From Hydrolagus colliei (lineage: Eukaryota), in contig CM068756.1 of assembly GCA_035084275.1 (NCBI GenBank), positions 14,260,001-14,324,000 of the forward strand: a stretch of DNA of 64,000 bases. Reading direction: 5' to 3'. The notes below the pieces were generated by a model that worked only from the letters and a program-made list of their open reading frames with translations, was not told the DNA's origin and did not search any database. Of this stretch, positions 38,599 through 51,941 are shown in pieces; position 1 is the stretch's first letter, and every line of letters starts with the position of its first letter. A program made the position numbers and the translations under genes.

Positions 38599-39934
38599 CC
38601 GATCTTCAAGATTGCCCAGTTGAGACAGGTTTCCCTTTGATCCTAAATACACATAAAATTGACTGAATTATACATTTTTAACTAAATTTCAATATTAACA
38701 GTAAAATCATGTAAATATTCCACATTTCGTGATGAGTGAAATACAAATATTCACCTGCACACTTTTCCCTCTCTATAAGTCTCCACATCACTCAAAGTTT
38801 CCGAAATCCTTAACACTGTGAAACTCTTTCCCTAGAACATTTTAAATCTCAAGCTTGGCTACGCAACTACTATTCCATAATTCTTTTAGTTGTTCTTCTT
38901 AAACTTTGTTGTTTCCTGCACTCTGGGCCGAGGTCCATCTCCTGGGACTCTCAATAATAAAAATATATTTTTGATGTAGCAATTTTAATATAATGTATAG
39001 CTGAATTGTATAATAATAATCCTTGCATTCGATATTGATATCTCTAAGCACTTCACAGAATATGCTGTGAAGTGAATTGACTGTATATTTGTGGGTAAAA
39101 CGTGGTAGGCAATTGTGCACAGCAGCGTCCCACAAACAGTTGTGGATTGAAATGACCAATTTTTTAAAAAAAATTGGGGGACGGATTGTTATTAGGCATG
39201 TGGAGTAATGAAACTTGCCCAAGGTTTCGTCCTGATCTGCCTGGATTTGAACACAGGGCTCAAGCTTGTAAGGTGAGAGCTCTAACCACTGCAGGAGCTC
39301 CACTGATTATTGATTACTGCACTGATTACTCCAATATATAATTGATAATATAAAACATACACCTGGCGCTCGTCCATGCATTTACCACTACAGTTTCTGA
39401 CAAATACACATAATTCGTCATATTTTAAGCCAGTTGCAGTATATTCAATCAGATTTCAGACATTAGAAAATTAGAAATTCTGGGAAACTCACATTATGGA
39501 GCTGGAAGAAGCCGCTCCCTTTGCCTTTCACACCAAATGTTTTCCTGCTGTCCACATGTGTGTCCAAGTAGCCGTGCTCACCCTCCTTCTCCCACTGGAA
39601 CTGCAGGAATGAACCGTCTTGAGAGAATAGTAACACACAGCGGAAAGAGACACTTGTCCCTCCGATGGCAACCACACATTCGGGGATTTGAAGAGGTTTT
39701 CCTAAGGAACTGCCATCAACTGTCGGAAGATAAAGTCAAACACAGATATATTGGATGATGTGCCATGAAGAAAACCAAACGAGTAAAAGAGGAACAAACA
39801 AGAGTATATATGAATAAATGGTACAAGGAAACAAGCTTGCACATATTTCATAGAAGAACTAAGTTATAGAATAAACATATACCTGTTGAAATAATATGCA
39901 AGGCAGACAGGTACAGAAAGCCAACACTCCCCAT
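38599..39934 (-). pseudogene. psiA: receptor pseudogene with intact leader and truncated V fused to the 3' region of a G5-class gene
   Basis: Leader 39883-39934. V starts at 39719 and breaks at about 39485 (..NVSFPEFLIF*), losing the second Cys. Orphan 44-nt exon 38599-38642. No C1 or TM between them. Confidence 0.8.
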
Positions 39935-40962
39935 GACTGACTCTGGCTCTGATGAGCTCCAACACACATGTATAGTTGATATAGTGTTGTGACACTGACT
40001 TCCTGTAAAATTAGTAAAATTATGAAAATGATAATTCTTCGTATTAATTGCAGGGAAATGTCAATCAAATATATAGACACAAAAATTAGTGTTTAGCTTC
40101 ATTATTCCGTCACTGCTTTCTCAAATGGGAAATGTTATTTTAAGCATCAAATCTGCTTGGAGTCAATAGTGTCAAAAACAAGTTAATCTAGTGGAATATT
40201 TCTGCCGATAGTTCTCTCTAGTTGTTGATATAAATTAACCTTTTCCCTCCCCGTCCTTCTAAACTTCCAAATTATCGTCCCATCTTAACCTTACCCTTGA
40301 TATCCAACATCCTGGCCATTCAACATTGCTCCCACCTGTTTCTCGACTGAGTCTCACAAATCCAGTTTCCATCCAAACCTGAGACAGCACAGTCAAAGTA
40401 ACAATAATATAGCCTCTCTGTGTTTCTTTCTCTCTGGAACCTCAGTCCTCTGCCTTTGTGTGTTCCCTCGTATCCAAAGTCCTGGTCACTCAACTTTGTT
40501 CCCACTTTTTACTCCACTCGCTGTTAAGTTTCTGCCCACAGCATTGAAAGCCTAATCACATTAACCAATTATATACTATCTCTCTCTCTCTGTCTCTGTC
40601 TGTCTCTCCCTCTCTGTGCCTCTGCTTTCTTGTCCTTCTGGATGTTCTGCTGTTTTCAAAATGGTCCACCTCACTACTTGACGACTTCTCTTCCCTCATC
40701 CATCTCCTTGGTACTGCCTGCATGGCCACCTGCAGAACATCCAGAGCAACTGTAGTCTGTGCCTGTTCCTCACCTGCGCTCTCTCTCTTGTTGATACTAT
40801 CCATAGACAAGTGATTAACTTTCGCTGTGAGGTCAATGGACGGGTAATCTACTTTTCAACTTCCACTGTTCATTCCAGGTTTTATGATGCTCTATGCATT
40901 TGCGTGTCAATGGCTAGATTTCCCCAGGGTTACTCTAACTTAATATAGTTGATGGAAGCCAT

Positions 40963-43900
40963 GCCCCTCGCCTTCTGCAAATATTTCCTTCAGCTTGCAT
41001 ACCTTCATTTCCTTGCCCACAAAATAGAGAGAACATAATTTCACAGCATAGGAAGTTTCTGTTACTTGAATACCCAGTTGTAGATGTTGAATTGTATGAT
41101 ATTTTTCAGGTCAAACAAGATATTGGTATTTGCCTTGGAATTGCTTAAATTGCTCAAATACATTTTCAAGGGGAAGCACTAAGCTGCCTCGGCCCTTCCG
41201 TCTACTGCCCCATCCCTATCTGTTCCTCATACCCCAGCCACTGCCCATGTCTCCCTCTATACCTTTGAACCTGTCTCCCACTCCTCTCACACCTCCAGTA
41301 TAAGTTGCATAACCAACCACCTACTCCCTTAAACCGTCCCTACCCTCCCAATTCCTCCCAGCTCAACCTCCTTACCCCTCTACTTATAGACAACAAAATC
41401 CTCCATAGATGCACACTCCAGCTTACTAAACCAGTCCAGAAACTTGGCGTCTTGTTTGACCATCAACTATTCTTTCTACCCCCTGCCCCTCCCTTCTTTC
41501 CAACCTCCCAGATCCCGACCCCAGCTCAAGTCTGAAACACTGTCTGTGCAGCACCTTGGGACATCCTCCCGAGGTGCAAAGCACTTTAGAAAGGTAATTT
41601 TGTTGCTATTGTTTTTGATGTTGTTGTTACCTATGGTCACCTCATCCCTCTCTCCCAGGCTGTATAATGGAGCTCAGCCACTGATCAACACTGTGAGATA
41701 CTACTCTGCAATGGAGGGCACTAATCAAATGTAAGTTGTTGCTGTTGTACATTACATTGGTGGATTTTGAAAATGTTTGTGAAATATCATGCTTTCCAAC
41801 TTTAAAAAGCAGCAGAATACTTCCCATATTTTTGGTTGTGCTTTCACGGCAGTTTGGTCCTGTGCTTGTTCTTCAAATTGGCTTCTTTCTGTCAGTAAAT
41901 GACTATGCGTTTCTCCTTCCTTCCCCTTTTTCAAATTATGCCTGCTGACCTTCCTCTTTTTTGTGATTATTACCATTACCCTGGTTTGAAGTGGAGTTCC
42001 ACCTCTGGTAAGCACTTTGAGATACTCCTCTGCTGGAAGAGCTATATATAAATGTGCGTTTGTGACCTCTAGGCTCGACTATGGCAACTCCCTCCTCATA
42101 GGCCACCCCAATGCTTTTCTCCACAAACTGTAGATCATCTTAAACTCTGCAGCTTGTGTTGTCTCCCACCCCAGGGAGATGACATGATCAGCCCCACCAT
42201 TACCCCCACCCTCGCATTGGCTCCATGGGCACCGCATTTCCACAGAGGATTGAAATCAAGATTCTTGTCCTCACTTTCAAGATCCTCCGTGGCCTTGACC
42301 CACCTACCTCTCTGACTCGCTGATGCCCTATCAACCTGTCGACTCCCTCCATTCAGCCGGCTTTGGCCTGCTTCATGTGTCCTGCTCAAGTTGCCTTAAC
42401 ATCAGAGGCTGGGCCTCAGCTTCCCTACCCCTACACTTTGGAACTCTGTCTCACAATCCCTTCACCATAATCCCTTCCTTGCCTCCTTGAAGGGCTGTCC
42501 TACTCTTCGGCTGTGCCTTCAGTCACCCTCCTACCTCTGTGTCCTCCTGCATGTCAACCATTACCCCCAACCCCCCCACCCCTCGTATCCGATCCCTGAC
42601 TATTCAGGGCCTTGGGACGTGCTCCCAACGTGAAAGGCAGATGTATTCTTACTATGTGAGGTGCTGTTGTACCTGTGCGAGTTTTGTGGGCGATAGAGTC
42701 AGTTTAATGCAAACAGTTTCCAAAAAATCTTTCAGTTGGATTAATTGAGGAAGGCACTTTCACATATCTGGCCTTGAAAGTGAGGACAAGGATTTTGAAT
42801 TCGATCCTCTGGGGGATGGGGAGCCAATGGAACTGGGCGAGGGTGGGAGTGATGGGGTCGCGGAGTCTGGAGTGGGAGAGGAAATGAGCTGCAGGGTTTT
42901 TGATGATATGCAGTTTGTGAAGGGCAGAACTGGTAAGGCCGACGGAAGGTGTTTCCATAGTCAAACCTTGATGTTATCAATGCATGGATAAGGGTTATGG
43001 CAGCCCGAGTGGTGAGGCAGTGGTGGAGTCTGTCAATGTTACAGAGACGGTGGAAGGCAGTGTTGGTCATGGAGTGGATGTGTGGAGAAAGGACAGTTTA
43101 GGGTTATACAGGAAACCCTGATTCCAGACTGGCTTCATGAGGTGGAGTGTGCAGCCATGGATGCTGATGCTGCCAGCGCCTGAGGTGCGGAGGCGCTGAC
43201 CCGAGCCAGTCACGTCAGCGAGGGGGAGCATGTCAGTAGGGGGAGCATAGTGAGGGTGAAGAGGAGGAAACTGGGGACAGAGCCCTAAGGAACGCTGCAT
43301 GGGACAGTGCAGGGTTTGGATGAAAAGCTGTTGGCAGACACGAAGTGGAGATGGTGTTAAAGATAGCACCTGAACCAGTCAAGGACAGAACCTTGAGGTG
43401 CGAGGAGAGGTGATGGAGGAGCATTGAATGGTCCATGGAATCCAAGACGGTGGATAGGTCAAGGAAGGTCGAGGAGGCAGAGGGAGCCGTAGCTACAAAT
43501 GACCAGGATATCATTTGTGACCTCAACAAGAGCAGAAATGGAAGAGACAGGGTGATTAGAGGCCCCTCGCCTTCTGCAAATATTTCCTTCAGCTTGCATA
43601 CCTTCATTTCCTTGCCCACAAAATAGAGAGAACATAATTTCACAGCATAGGAAGTTTCTGTTACTTGAATACCCAGTTGTAGATGTTGAATTGTATGATA
43701 TTTTTCAGGTCAAACAAGATATTGGTATTTGCCTTGGAATTGCTTAAATTGCTCAAATACATTTTCAAGGGGAAGCACTAAGCTGCCTCGGCCCTTCCGT
43801 CTACTGCCCCATCCCTATCTGTTCCTCATACCCCAGCCACTGCCCATGTCTCCCTCTATACCTTTGAACCTGTCTCCCACTCCTCTCACACCTCCAGTAT

Positions 43901-46159
43901 AAGTTGCATAACCAACCACCTACTCCCTTAAACCGTCCCTACCCTCCCAATTCATCCCAGCTCAACCTCCTTACCCCTCTACTTATAGACAACAAAATCC
44001 TCCATAGATGCACACTCCAGCTTATTAAACCAGTCCAGAAACTTGGCGTCTTGTTTGACCATCAACTATTCTTTCTACCCCCTGCCCCTCCCTTCTTTCC
44101 AACCTCCCAGATCCCGACCCCAGCTCAAGTCTGAAACACTGTCTGTGCAGCACCTTGGGACATCCTCCCGAGGTGCAAAGCACTTTAGAAAGGTAATTTT
44201 GTTGCTATTGTTTTTGATGTTGTTGTTACCTATGGTCACCTCATCCCTCTCTCCCAGGCTCTATAATGGAGCTCAGCCACTGATCAACACTGTGAGATAC
44301 TACTCTGCAATGGAGGGCACTAAGCAAATGTAAGTTGTTGCTGTTGTACTTTACATTGGTGGATTTTGAAAATGTTTGTGAAATATCATGCTTTCCAACT
44401 TTAAAAAGCAGCAGAATACTTCCCATATTTTTGGTTGTGCTTTTACGGCAGTTTGGTCCTGTGCTTGTTCTTCAAATTGGCTTCTTTCTGTCAGGAAATG
44501 ACTATGCGTTTCTCCTTCCTTCCCCTTTTTCAAATTATGCCTGCTGACCTTCCTCTTTTTTGTGATTATTACCATTACCCTGGTTTAAAGTGGAGTTCCA
44601 CCTCTGGTAAGCACTTTGAGATACTCCTCTGCTTGAAGAGCTATATATAAATGTGCGTTTGTGACCTCTAGGCTCGACTATGGCAACTCCCTCCTCATAG
44701 GCCACCCCAATGCTTTTCTCCACAAACTGTAGATCATCTTAAACTCTGCAGCTTGTGTTGTCTCCCACCCCAGGGAGATGACACGATCAGCCCCACCATT
44801 ACCCCCACCTTCGCATTGGCTCCATGGGCACCGCATTTCCACAGAGGATTGAAATCAAGATTCTTGTCCTCACTTTCAAGATCCTCCGTGGCCTTGACCC
44901 ACCTACCTCTCTGACTCGCTGATGCCCTATCAACCTGTCGACTCCCTCCATTCAGCCGGCTTTGGCCTGCTTCATGTGTCCTGCTCAAGTTGCCTTAACA
45001 TCAGAGGCTGGGCCTCAGCTTCCCTCCCCCTACACTTTGGAACTCTGTCTCACAATCCCTTCACCATAATCCCTTCCTTGCCTCCTTGAAGGGCTGTCCT
45101 ACTCTTCGGCTGTGCCTTCAGTCACCCTCCTACCTCTGTGTCCTCCTGCATGTCAACCATTACCCCCAACCCCCCCACCCCTCGTATCCGATCCCTGACT
45201 ATTCAGGGCCTTGGGACGTGCTCCCAACGTGAAAGGCAGATGTATTCTTACTATGTGAGGTGCTGTTGTACCTGTGCGAGTTTTGTGGGCGATAGAGTCA
45301 GTTTAATGCAAACAGTTTCCAAAAAATCTTTCAGTTGGATTAATTGAGGAAGGCACTTTCACATATCTGGCCTTGAAAGTGAGGACAAGGATTTTGAATT
45401 CGATCCTCTGGGGGATGGGGAGCCAATGGAACTGGGCGAGGGTGGGAGTGATGGGGTCGCAGAGTCTGGAGTGGGAGAGGAAATGAGCTGCAGGGTTTTT
45501 GATGATATGCAGTTTGTGAAGGGCAGAACTGGTAAGGCCGACGGAAGGTGTTTCCATAGTCAAACCTTGATGTTATCAATGCATGGATAAGGGTTATGGC
45601 AGCCCGAGTGGTGAGGCAGTGGTGGAGTCTGTCAATGTTACAGAGACGGTGGAAGGCAGTGTTGGTCATGGAGTGGATGTGTGGAGAAAGGACAGTTTAG
45701 GGTTATACAGGAAACCCTGATTCCAGACTGGCTTCATGAGGTGGAGTGTGCAGCCATGGATGCTGATGCTGCCAGCGCCTGAGGTGCGGAGGCGCTGACC
45801 CGAGCCAGTCACGTCAGCGAGGGGGAGCATGTCAGTAGGGGGAGCATAGAGAGGGTGAAGAGGAGGAAACTGGGGACAGAGCCCTAAGGAACGCTGCATG
45901 GGACAGTGCAGGGTTTGGATGAAAAGCTGTTGGCAGACACGAAGTGGAGATGGTGTTAAAGATAGCACCTGAACCAGTCAAGGACAGAACCTTGAGGTGC
46001 GAGGAGAGGTGATGGAGGAGCATTGAATGGTCCATGGAATCCAAGACGGTGGATAGGTCAAGGAGGTCGAGGAGGCAGAGGGAGCCGTAGCTACAAATGA
46101 CCAGGATATCATTTGTGACCTCAACAAGAGCAGAAATGGAAGAGACAGGGTGATTAGAG
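40963..46159. repeat. Near-identical tandem duplication, 2 x about 2599 bp, of L2/SINE debris
   Basis: Unit 1 40963-43561, unit 2 43562-46159. ORF-track pairs are offset by 2599 and differ by scattered substitutions and one 1-nt indel near the end. Confidence 0.95.
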
Positions 46160-46183
46160 GAGACTGGTTTATAAAACTTGCTT

Positions 46184-46257
46184 TTTATTGAAAGATTGCT
46201 TGAGCATATTGCATAACAGCATCTAAAATTGTTGTAGTTAAACAACTATTTTTTATT
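46184..46257 (-). other. Candidate polyadenylation signals of G5
   Basis: AATAAA on the minus strand at 46252-46257 and 46184-46189, about 280-350 nt after the stop codon. Confidence 0.5.
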
Positions 46258-46533
46258 CAAATAATTCAATCGTTACCGTTATGATGCACAGTGATGTACC
46301 ATCAGATTCACAGTGAATAAATACATTTTGGCAATTAAGCTTGCTTTTATGTATACCATAAGCAATATTTTCCAAGAAATTTCCTGAGGACGTATAATGT
46401 AATAAAGTAATAAATGCAATTATGGTTGTAACAGCTGCAAATAGAACAGCAGCCAGGATTAATATGCACATTATCCACTATGGTGGAAAACTGCATCTAA
46501 TACACACCTATAGCAGTTTCTGTGACTGATGCA

Positions 46534-47492
46534 TTACGTTGGTTCCCTGGAATCAGCGGCGGCTGCTTCTTCCTGGTTCTTCACGTGCAGCTCTTCATAC
46601 TCTGTATTGTTAACGTTAGTCAAATTTATCATGGCATAAACCGCCGGCTGATTATCTGCTCCGTGCATCATCTGTAAAACATAACATGATCACAACAACA
46701 CATTGTATTTGTAGAGCATCTTTCACGTCCCAGGGCGCTGAGAGATTGTTGTCTTCACTGTTCTGAAGATTGCTGTATAAGTATGCATCAGAAAGCCCAT
46801 AAGTTGAAAACATTCGGTAAGAAAAGTGAACATTTTATGTGTTATCAATTATCAATTACATGACACCAGGTATTTGAATGATACATTTAGGAGGCAAAAT
46901 TTAATGTAGGTAATGTATTTAAAATGTTCTTATTTATTTATGATAAACAGTACTGTTTCATTACAACAAATCTGTTTTTAGATTAAACATCCGCTGAAAT
47001 AATATTGGTAATTGTACCTTCTCTTGGCAATGTCTCCATCCCATCTGACTTCTGCGTGGGCCTTTGAAAGAAATTGAATAAATGCAGGATTTACTTTCGG
47101 TTATATTTTGATTTGACCAAGTGAAAAGCGTTTTGAAGATCATGAGCTGCCAAAGTCTGTTTTTCTACATATTTATGTAAAGTTGTCTTTGACTCTAATG
47201 TAAACCCAGGTGATAGAGTTACAGAAATCAGACAAGTACTAATTCATAACCCATCTTGCACTCATATTACTTTCAATGCATTTCCATCCACTGTCCCTGC
47301 TCTCTGGAACTCCAATCTGGAGTCCTTCGAATTCTATCTTTCCTGCACAACCTTCGAGATCTTTGAACATATTAAATCTTGAACTTGGCTACTCCAAACC
47401 ACTATTCCTTAATTCCTTCAGTTTTTCCTCAAAAGAGATTTGGTTGCCCTTGGGACGTCCTCCCGACGTGAAAGGCGCTCTATAAGTGTAAT

Positions 47493-47524
<32 letters not shown>

Positions 47525-50500
47525 GGTCTTTCTCCTGGGACTCTCAATAATACAGATGGTCACAATTTCAATATAATGTGTAGCTGAATTATAATACTGA
47601 TAAACAGACACCTGGTGTGAGTCCCTATATATGTTTGACGCCTTTCATCACTACAGTTACTTACAAATGCACATAACTCATCAGATTTTAAGCTAGTTGC
47701 AATATATTCAAATCAGATTTCAGACGCTATGTGTTAGGAAACTGAGAAATTCTAGGATACTGAGGTTCACTATGAGTAATTGTTACAGTACTGAATCTGT
47801 TGCAATAACTACACAAGTAATTGTTATTGTATAACAGTAGCATCACAGAACTCCACCATCAAATTTGAAGGAACAAGCAAGTAACTTTTCCTCTTTACAT
47901 TGATGCATCTTGAGGTTTTATATCAACGTGTAATGTTTACAATTTTCTTACCATTTTCCTTTTTCAATTGGCATCGCTTCTCAATTATGATCAAAATCAC
48001 CAGAAATGCGAACACAACCGCAGCACATACACCCCATGGTAAATAACAGGTTTCATTTCCACTCCCTGCAGAAATAGCATACGCTGAGGTGAGACTGTAC
48101 ATTGTGTAGGGGAACGATTTATAGATTCATTAGAATAGAAATGTTAGGCAGATCATTGATGAACTATATCTTGCAGTGATTTCAATTAAGTATTTAGCAC
48201 AGTTTCCAGTTTAAATATTATGTCTAAACTTAATCTGTGTATTTATTGAAGTAAGAATAAAAATACAAGGAGACCATCACTGAAAACAGTTTGATATTGA
48301 TGTATCATAACACACGTGTAGCTATCGACACCAGCTCTCGCTTACTTTGATTTTTGCTCTTGTTTTTATTACACAGACGAGGGTGACACAATACAGAAAC
48401 GGAACATTGATTTTCAGAAGAACCCACACAAAATATAATCCATAAATTGTAGAATAAGACATCAGACGATAGCGACATCTGATCACATAGAATCACTTGA
48501 TATTAATAAAGGTGAGTGGGGTGGGTGGGGGTGGGGTGTGGGAGGGGCTGAGAATGATACACGATGGAATTGAAAGACATTTGGTGATCAAGTGCCCTGC
48601 GCTAAAACTGAGGTTTTGAAAATTATACAGGTTTAGGATTTGTTGGTAATGTCCATAACCATTAAGTAGATAATATCGGTTAGGTTTAACAAAATCTTTG
48701 ATGATTCACATCAAACGTTTCACGTTCAATCGGTTTAATGTATATTATTACCAACATGCACAATCTCCTCAGCACCATTCTCAACACATTTGTCTCCTGA
48801 CAACAATGGCATCGCTTCCTATCCTTGCAGGTCTAATGGGAGAGTCACATTCCATCCCTTAAGTCACAGGCAAGTGCTGCTGAACATTGACTGTTCCTCA
48901 GGGCTCTAACCTCGGCCTCTGCCCTTCACTATCTATATGCTCCCACTTGGCGACATCATCCGTCGACATAGTAATAATCCTTGTATTTGATATAGCGCTT
49001 TTCACATCTTCTAGATGTCTCAAAGCGCTTCACAGAATATACTGTAAAGTGGATTGACTGTATATTTGTGGGCGAAACGCGGCAGCCAATTGTGCACAGC
49101 AGCGTCCCCACAAACAGTCGTGGATTGAAATTACCAATTTTATTCTTGTTTTTTGGGGGACAGATTATTATTAGGCATGTGGAGTAAGGAAACTTGCCTT
49201 GTTTCACCCTGAACTGCCTGGATTTGAAACACAAGTCTCACACTTGTAAGGCGAGTGTTCTAACCACTGAGCTACTGGACTCCACAGAGGGTCAACAACA
49301 AGATTTCACATCCACATGTATAACGATGAAACCCAAATCTTCGATCTTACCCCACAACAACATCAAGCTTTGACTTGATTACTGTCAAGCATCAAATCCT
49401 TCAATGAGCTCTGACTTTGTTCAGCTGAAAAATAATAATCTCTGCATTTTATATCGTGATTTATATATTGAATGCAATGATTAATATTTACATTATTGTC
49501 CTTTCAAATCACTTCAGATTATTCACTTTATGAATCAATGCAACTAAACATCCCTATGAGAATTCAATTAACAACAGCTGACTTTTTAAAATTCATTTAG
49601 TATCTCACCTGCGTTAGGTTTAGGGTACAGTGATTATTGTTATGATTATTATTATTATCTTGCTATTTCATCTCAAATCGCTTCAGACGATTCGCCGAAA
49701 GGCGCTATAAAAATGTAACTTTGTTGTTGATGTTGTTTACGAATCTATGCAGCTAAACATCCCTATGAGAATTGAAATAACTACAGTTGATTTTTAAAAC
49801 TCGTTCAGAATCTTACCTGTATAAGGTTTGAGGATGGTGTAGATGGCAATAGCTGAAGTCTTGAGGCTGACGTGAGACATCAGACAAGTATAAACAGACG
49901 CTATCTGGACAGACTGTGTGTCTTCAATAGAGCTAGAGACCTGATAGAGTTCCCACGAGTTCTGCTTTTCTATGGTTACTGTCTCTTCCACCTTGATTCC
50001 CGATGTTGGTGTAATTTCGTTCCCATCTTTATACCATATGAGGGTGAAATCCTTTGGGTAAAACGCAGTAGTTTCACACACAAGAGTCCAATGCTCAGTT
50101 GAATTCCCGGAGAAAATCCTCAGTGGAGTTGGGGGAACTGTAGAACAGATAATGGAGGAAAACCGAATTAATTTTTTTTATCAATCAGCGGGACAAACTT
50201 TATTTTGATTCATTTCTTTGCATCATCTTGATTCCTGAGTGCAAATGGAGGTTTCTGTAGATTCACAAATATCCCCCTCACAGCAGGAGAAGCTTCCTCC
50301 TGCTTTAATTACTGTGTTTTTTAATCAATTAATGTTGATTCATAATCTTTATCTTTCATATAATTACTTAGGTGTTTGTTCAGCAGGTGAAATTGATCGC
50401 TGCAAACTCTCGATCAGAGTAAATAAAGGATTCCTGACAGGTGTGTGCACACTGTTATTCTGGCTCAATTGGTAGCATTCTCGCCTTTGAGTTAGAAAGA

Positions 50501-51941
50501 GATGGGATCAAGCTCCACGTGCAGACTTGGAATTCACATAGTCTATGTTGAAATACCTACTCTAATGCAGTTCTTAGGGTGCATAAAATGAAAGGATTGT
50601 ATTATCTCAGCCTTTAGAGATTTTGATCAGGTAAACAGGGAAACAGTGAGTCTGGAGCAAGAGACTGTAAGCTAGAATCATTACCATGATAGAAAGTTTA
50701 ATTTTGATTTTACTGAGAGGCACCTGGGTCCCAAACAAAATAAAGGCTGAAGCAAAATCCATAACAGCTATTTAACTGAATTTTACAGTCATCTTTCCTT
50801 TGTCTTCTAGATGGATTTTAGATTACGAATGCAAATAACATGGATCAATTCTGTATGTAACCTGTGTAACATTAGAATTTATAAAACTATTTGTTAATTT
50901 GTGCTGAATTATATTATTTTGTGTTTTAGTTTGGCAGGGGTTACTTTTGATGTAATTTTCAAATACAGGTAGACCCCATTTAAAGTTGTTTTGGTCGACG
51001 TTGTTTCACTATTACGTTTCGGATACAGAGGGAACACACATCCATTTAACGTTGTGATGTTCACTGTTACATCGTTCTCCAGCGGGTGCTGCATTGGTGA
51101 GCGTAAGATGGCGTTAGGGCCTGGCCGTCAACAGAGTGACGAGGAGGCAGCAGTGAGTGAGTGAGCCATACAGGCAGTCAGGGAACGAGTGAGTGATCTA
51201 GGCAGGCAGTCGGGGAGTGGGTATAACGTGTTTTTTTAGAATTTTTTTAAAACGAAAAATGTCCAAGAACCTAATTCGAGTTTATACATTAAAAATGTGA
51301 AAAATGTAATCACTTAACGTCGTTTCGATTAAAGCTGCGCGTTTCAAGAACAATCCTACGACATTAAGCAAGGAAAATCTGTACTTTCGCTGTTCATTCA
51401 CTCACCCTGCACAGTTAAATGTGATCCAGGACCTGTTCCAATTCCTGATCCCTGACGGATCACTGAGCAGCGATAGACTCCAGAGTCCTGGAAACTCACA
51501 TTCAGGAACTGGAAGAAGCCGCTTCCTTTGCCTTTCACACCAAATGTTTTCCTGCTGTCTGCCTGTGTGTCCAAGTAGCCGTCCTCACCCTCCTTCTCCC
51601 ACTTCACCTCCTGTCCTGAATCTTGTTGAGTGAATGGAAAGATACAGTGGAAAGTGACGTTTGTCCCTCTGATGACAGTCACACGTTCGGGGATTTGAAT
51701 CACTTTCTCTGAAGAATTGATAGCAACTGTCAGAAAATAAAGTAAAACACTGATTTCTCAGACAATATGCCTTGGACAAAAGTAAGCGAGTAAATAGAGT
51801 ATAAAACGTACGTATAAATGATAAATGGCACAAGGAAACAAGCTTGCAAATATTTCGTAGAAGAACTGAGTTGTAGAATAATCATATACCTGTTGAAATA
51901 ATATGTAAGACAGCGAGGAACAGAAAGATGACCCTCCCCAT
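46534..51941 (-). CDS. G5: VJ-C1 receptor with uncharged TM and a cytoplasmic tail carrying two tyrosine motifs, 329 aa
   Basis: Leader 51890-51941 (MGRVIFLFLAVLHIISTG), V 51406-51726, C1 49817-50137, TM 47952-48065 (GSGNETCYLPWGVCAAVVFAFLVILIIIEKRCQLKKEN), 44-nt exon 47018-47061 (GPRRSQMGWRHCQEK), last exon 46534-46671 (MMHGADNQPAVYAMINLTNVNNTEYEELHVKNQEEAAAADSREPT*). Phases 1,1,1,1,0 give 990 nt. AATAAA signals follow. Confidence 0.85.
50966..51381. mobile_element. Tigger/pogo-like MITE in the G5 V-C1 intron
   Basis: TA|CAG...CTG|TA with imperfect TIRs. Absent from the paralogous G4 intron (37630-37665). Confidence 0.65.

Noticed and set aside
38750-38950. Exon-like block (also 47250-47545 and 55620-55830)
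   Set aside because: Stops in all frames, SINE-tail insertion in the G5 copy, and inconsistent donors. G5 splices in frame without it.
46253-46471. Hydrophobic ORF MCILILAAVLFAAVTTIIAF.. as a TM exon
   Set aside because: It lies between the G5 stop codon and the polyA signals (3' UTR) and has no convincing acceptor. The real TM exon is 47952-48065.
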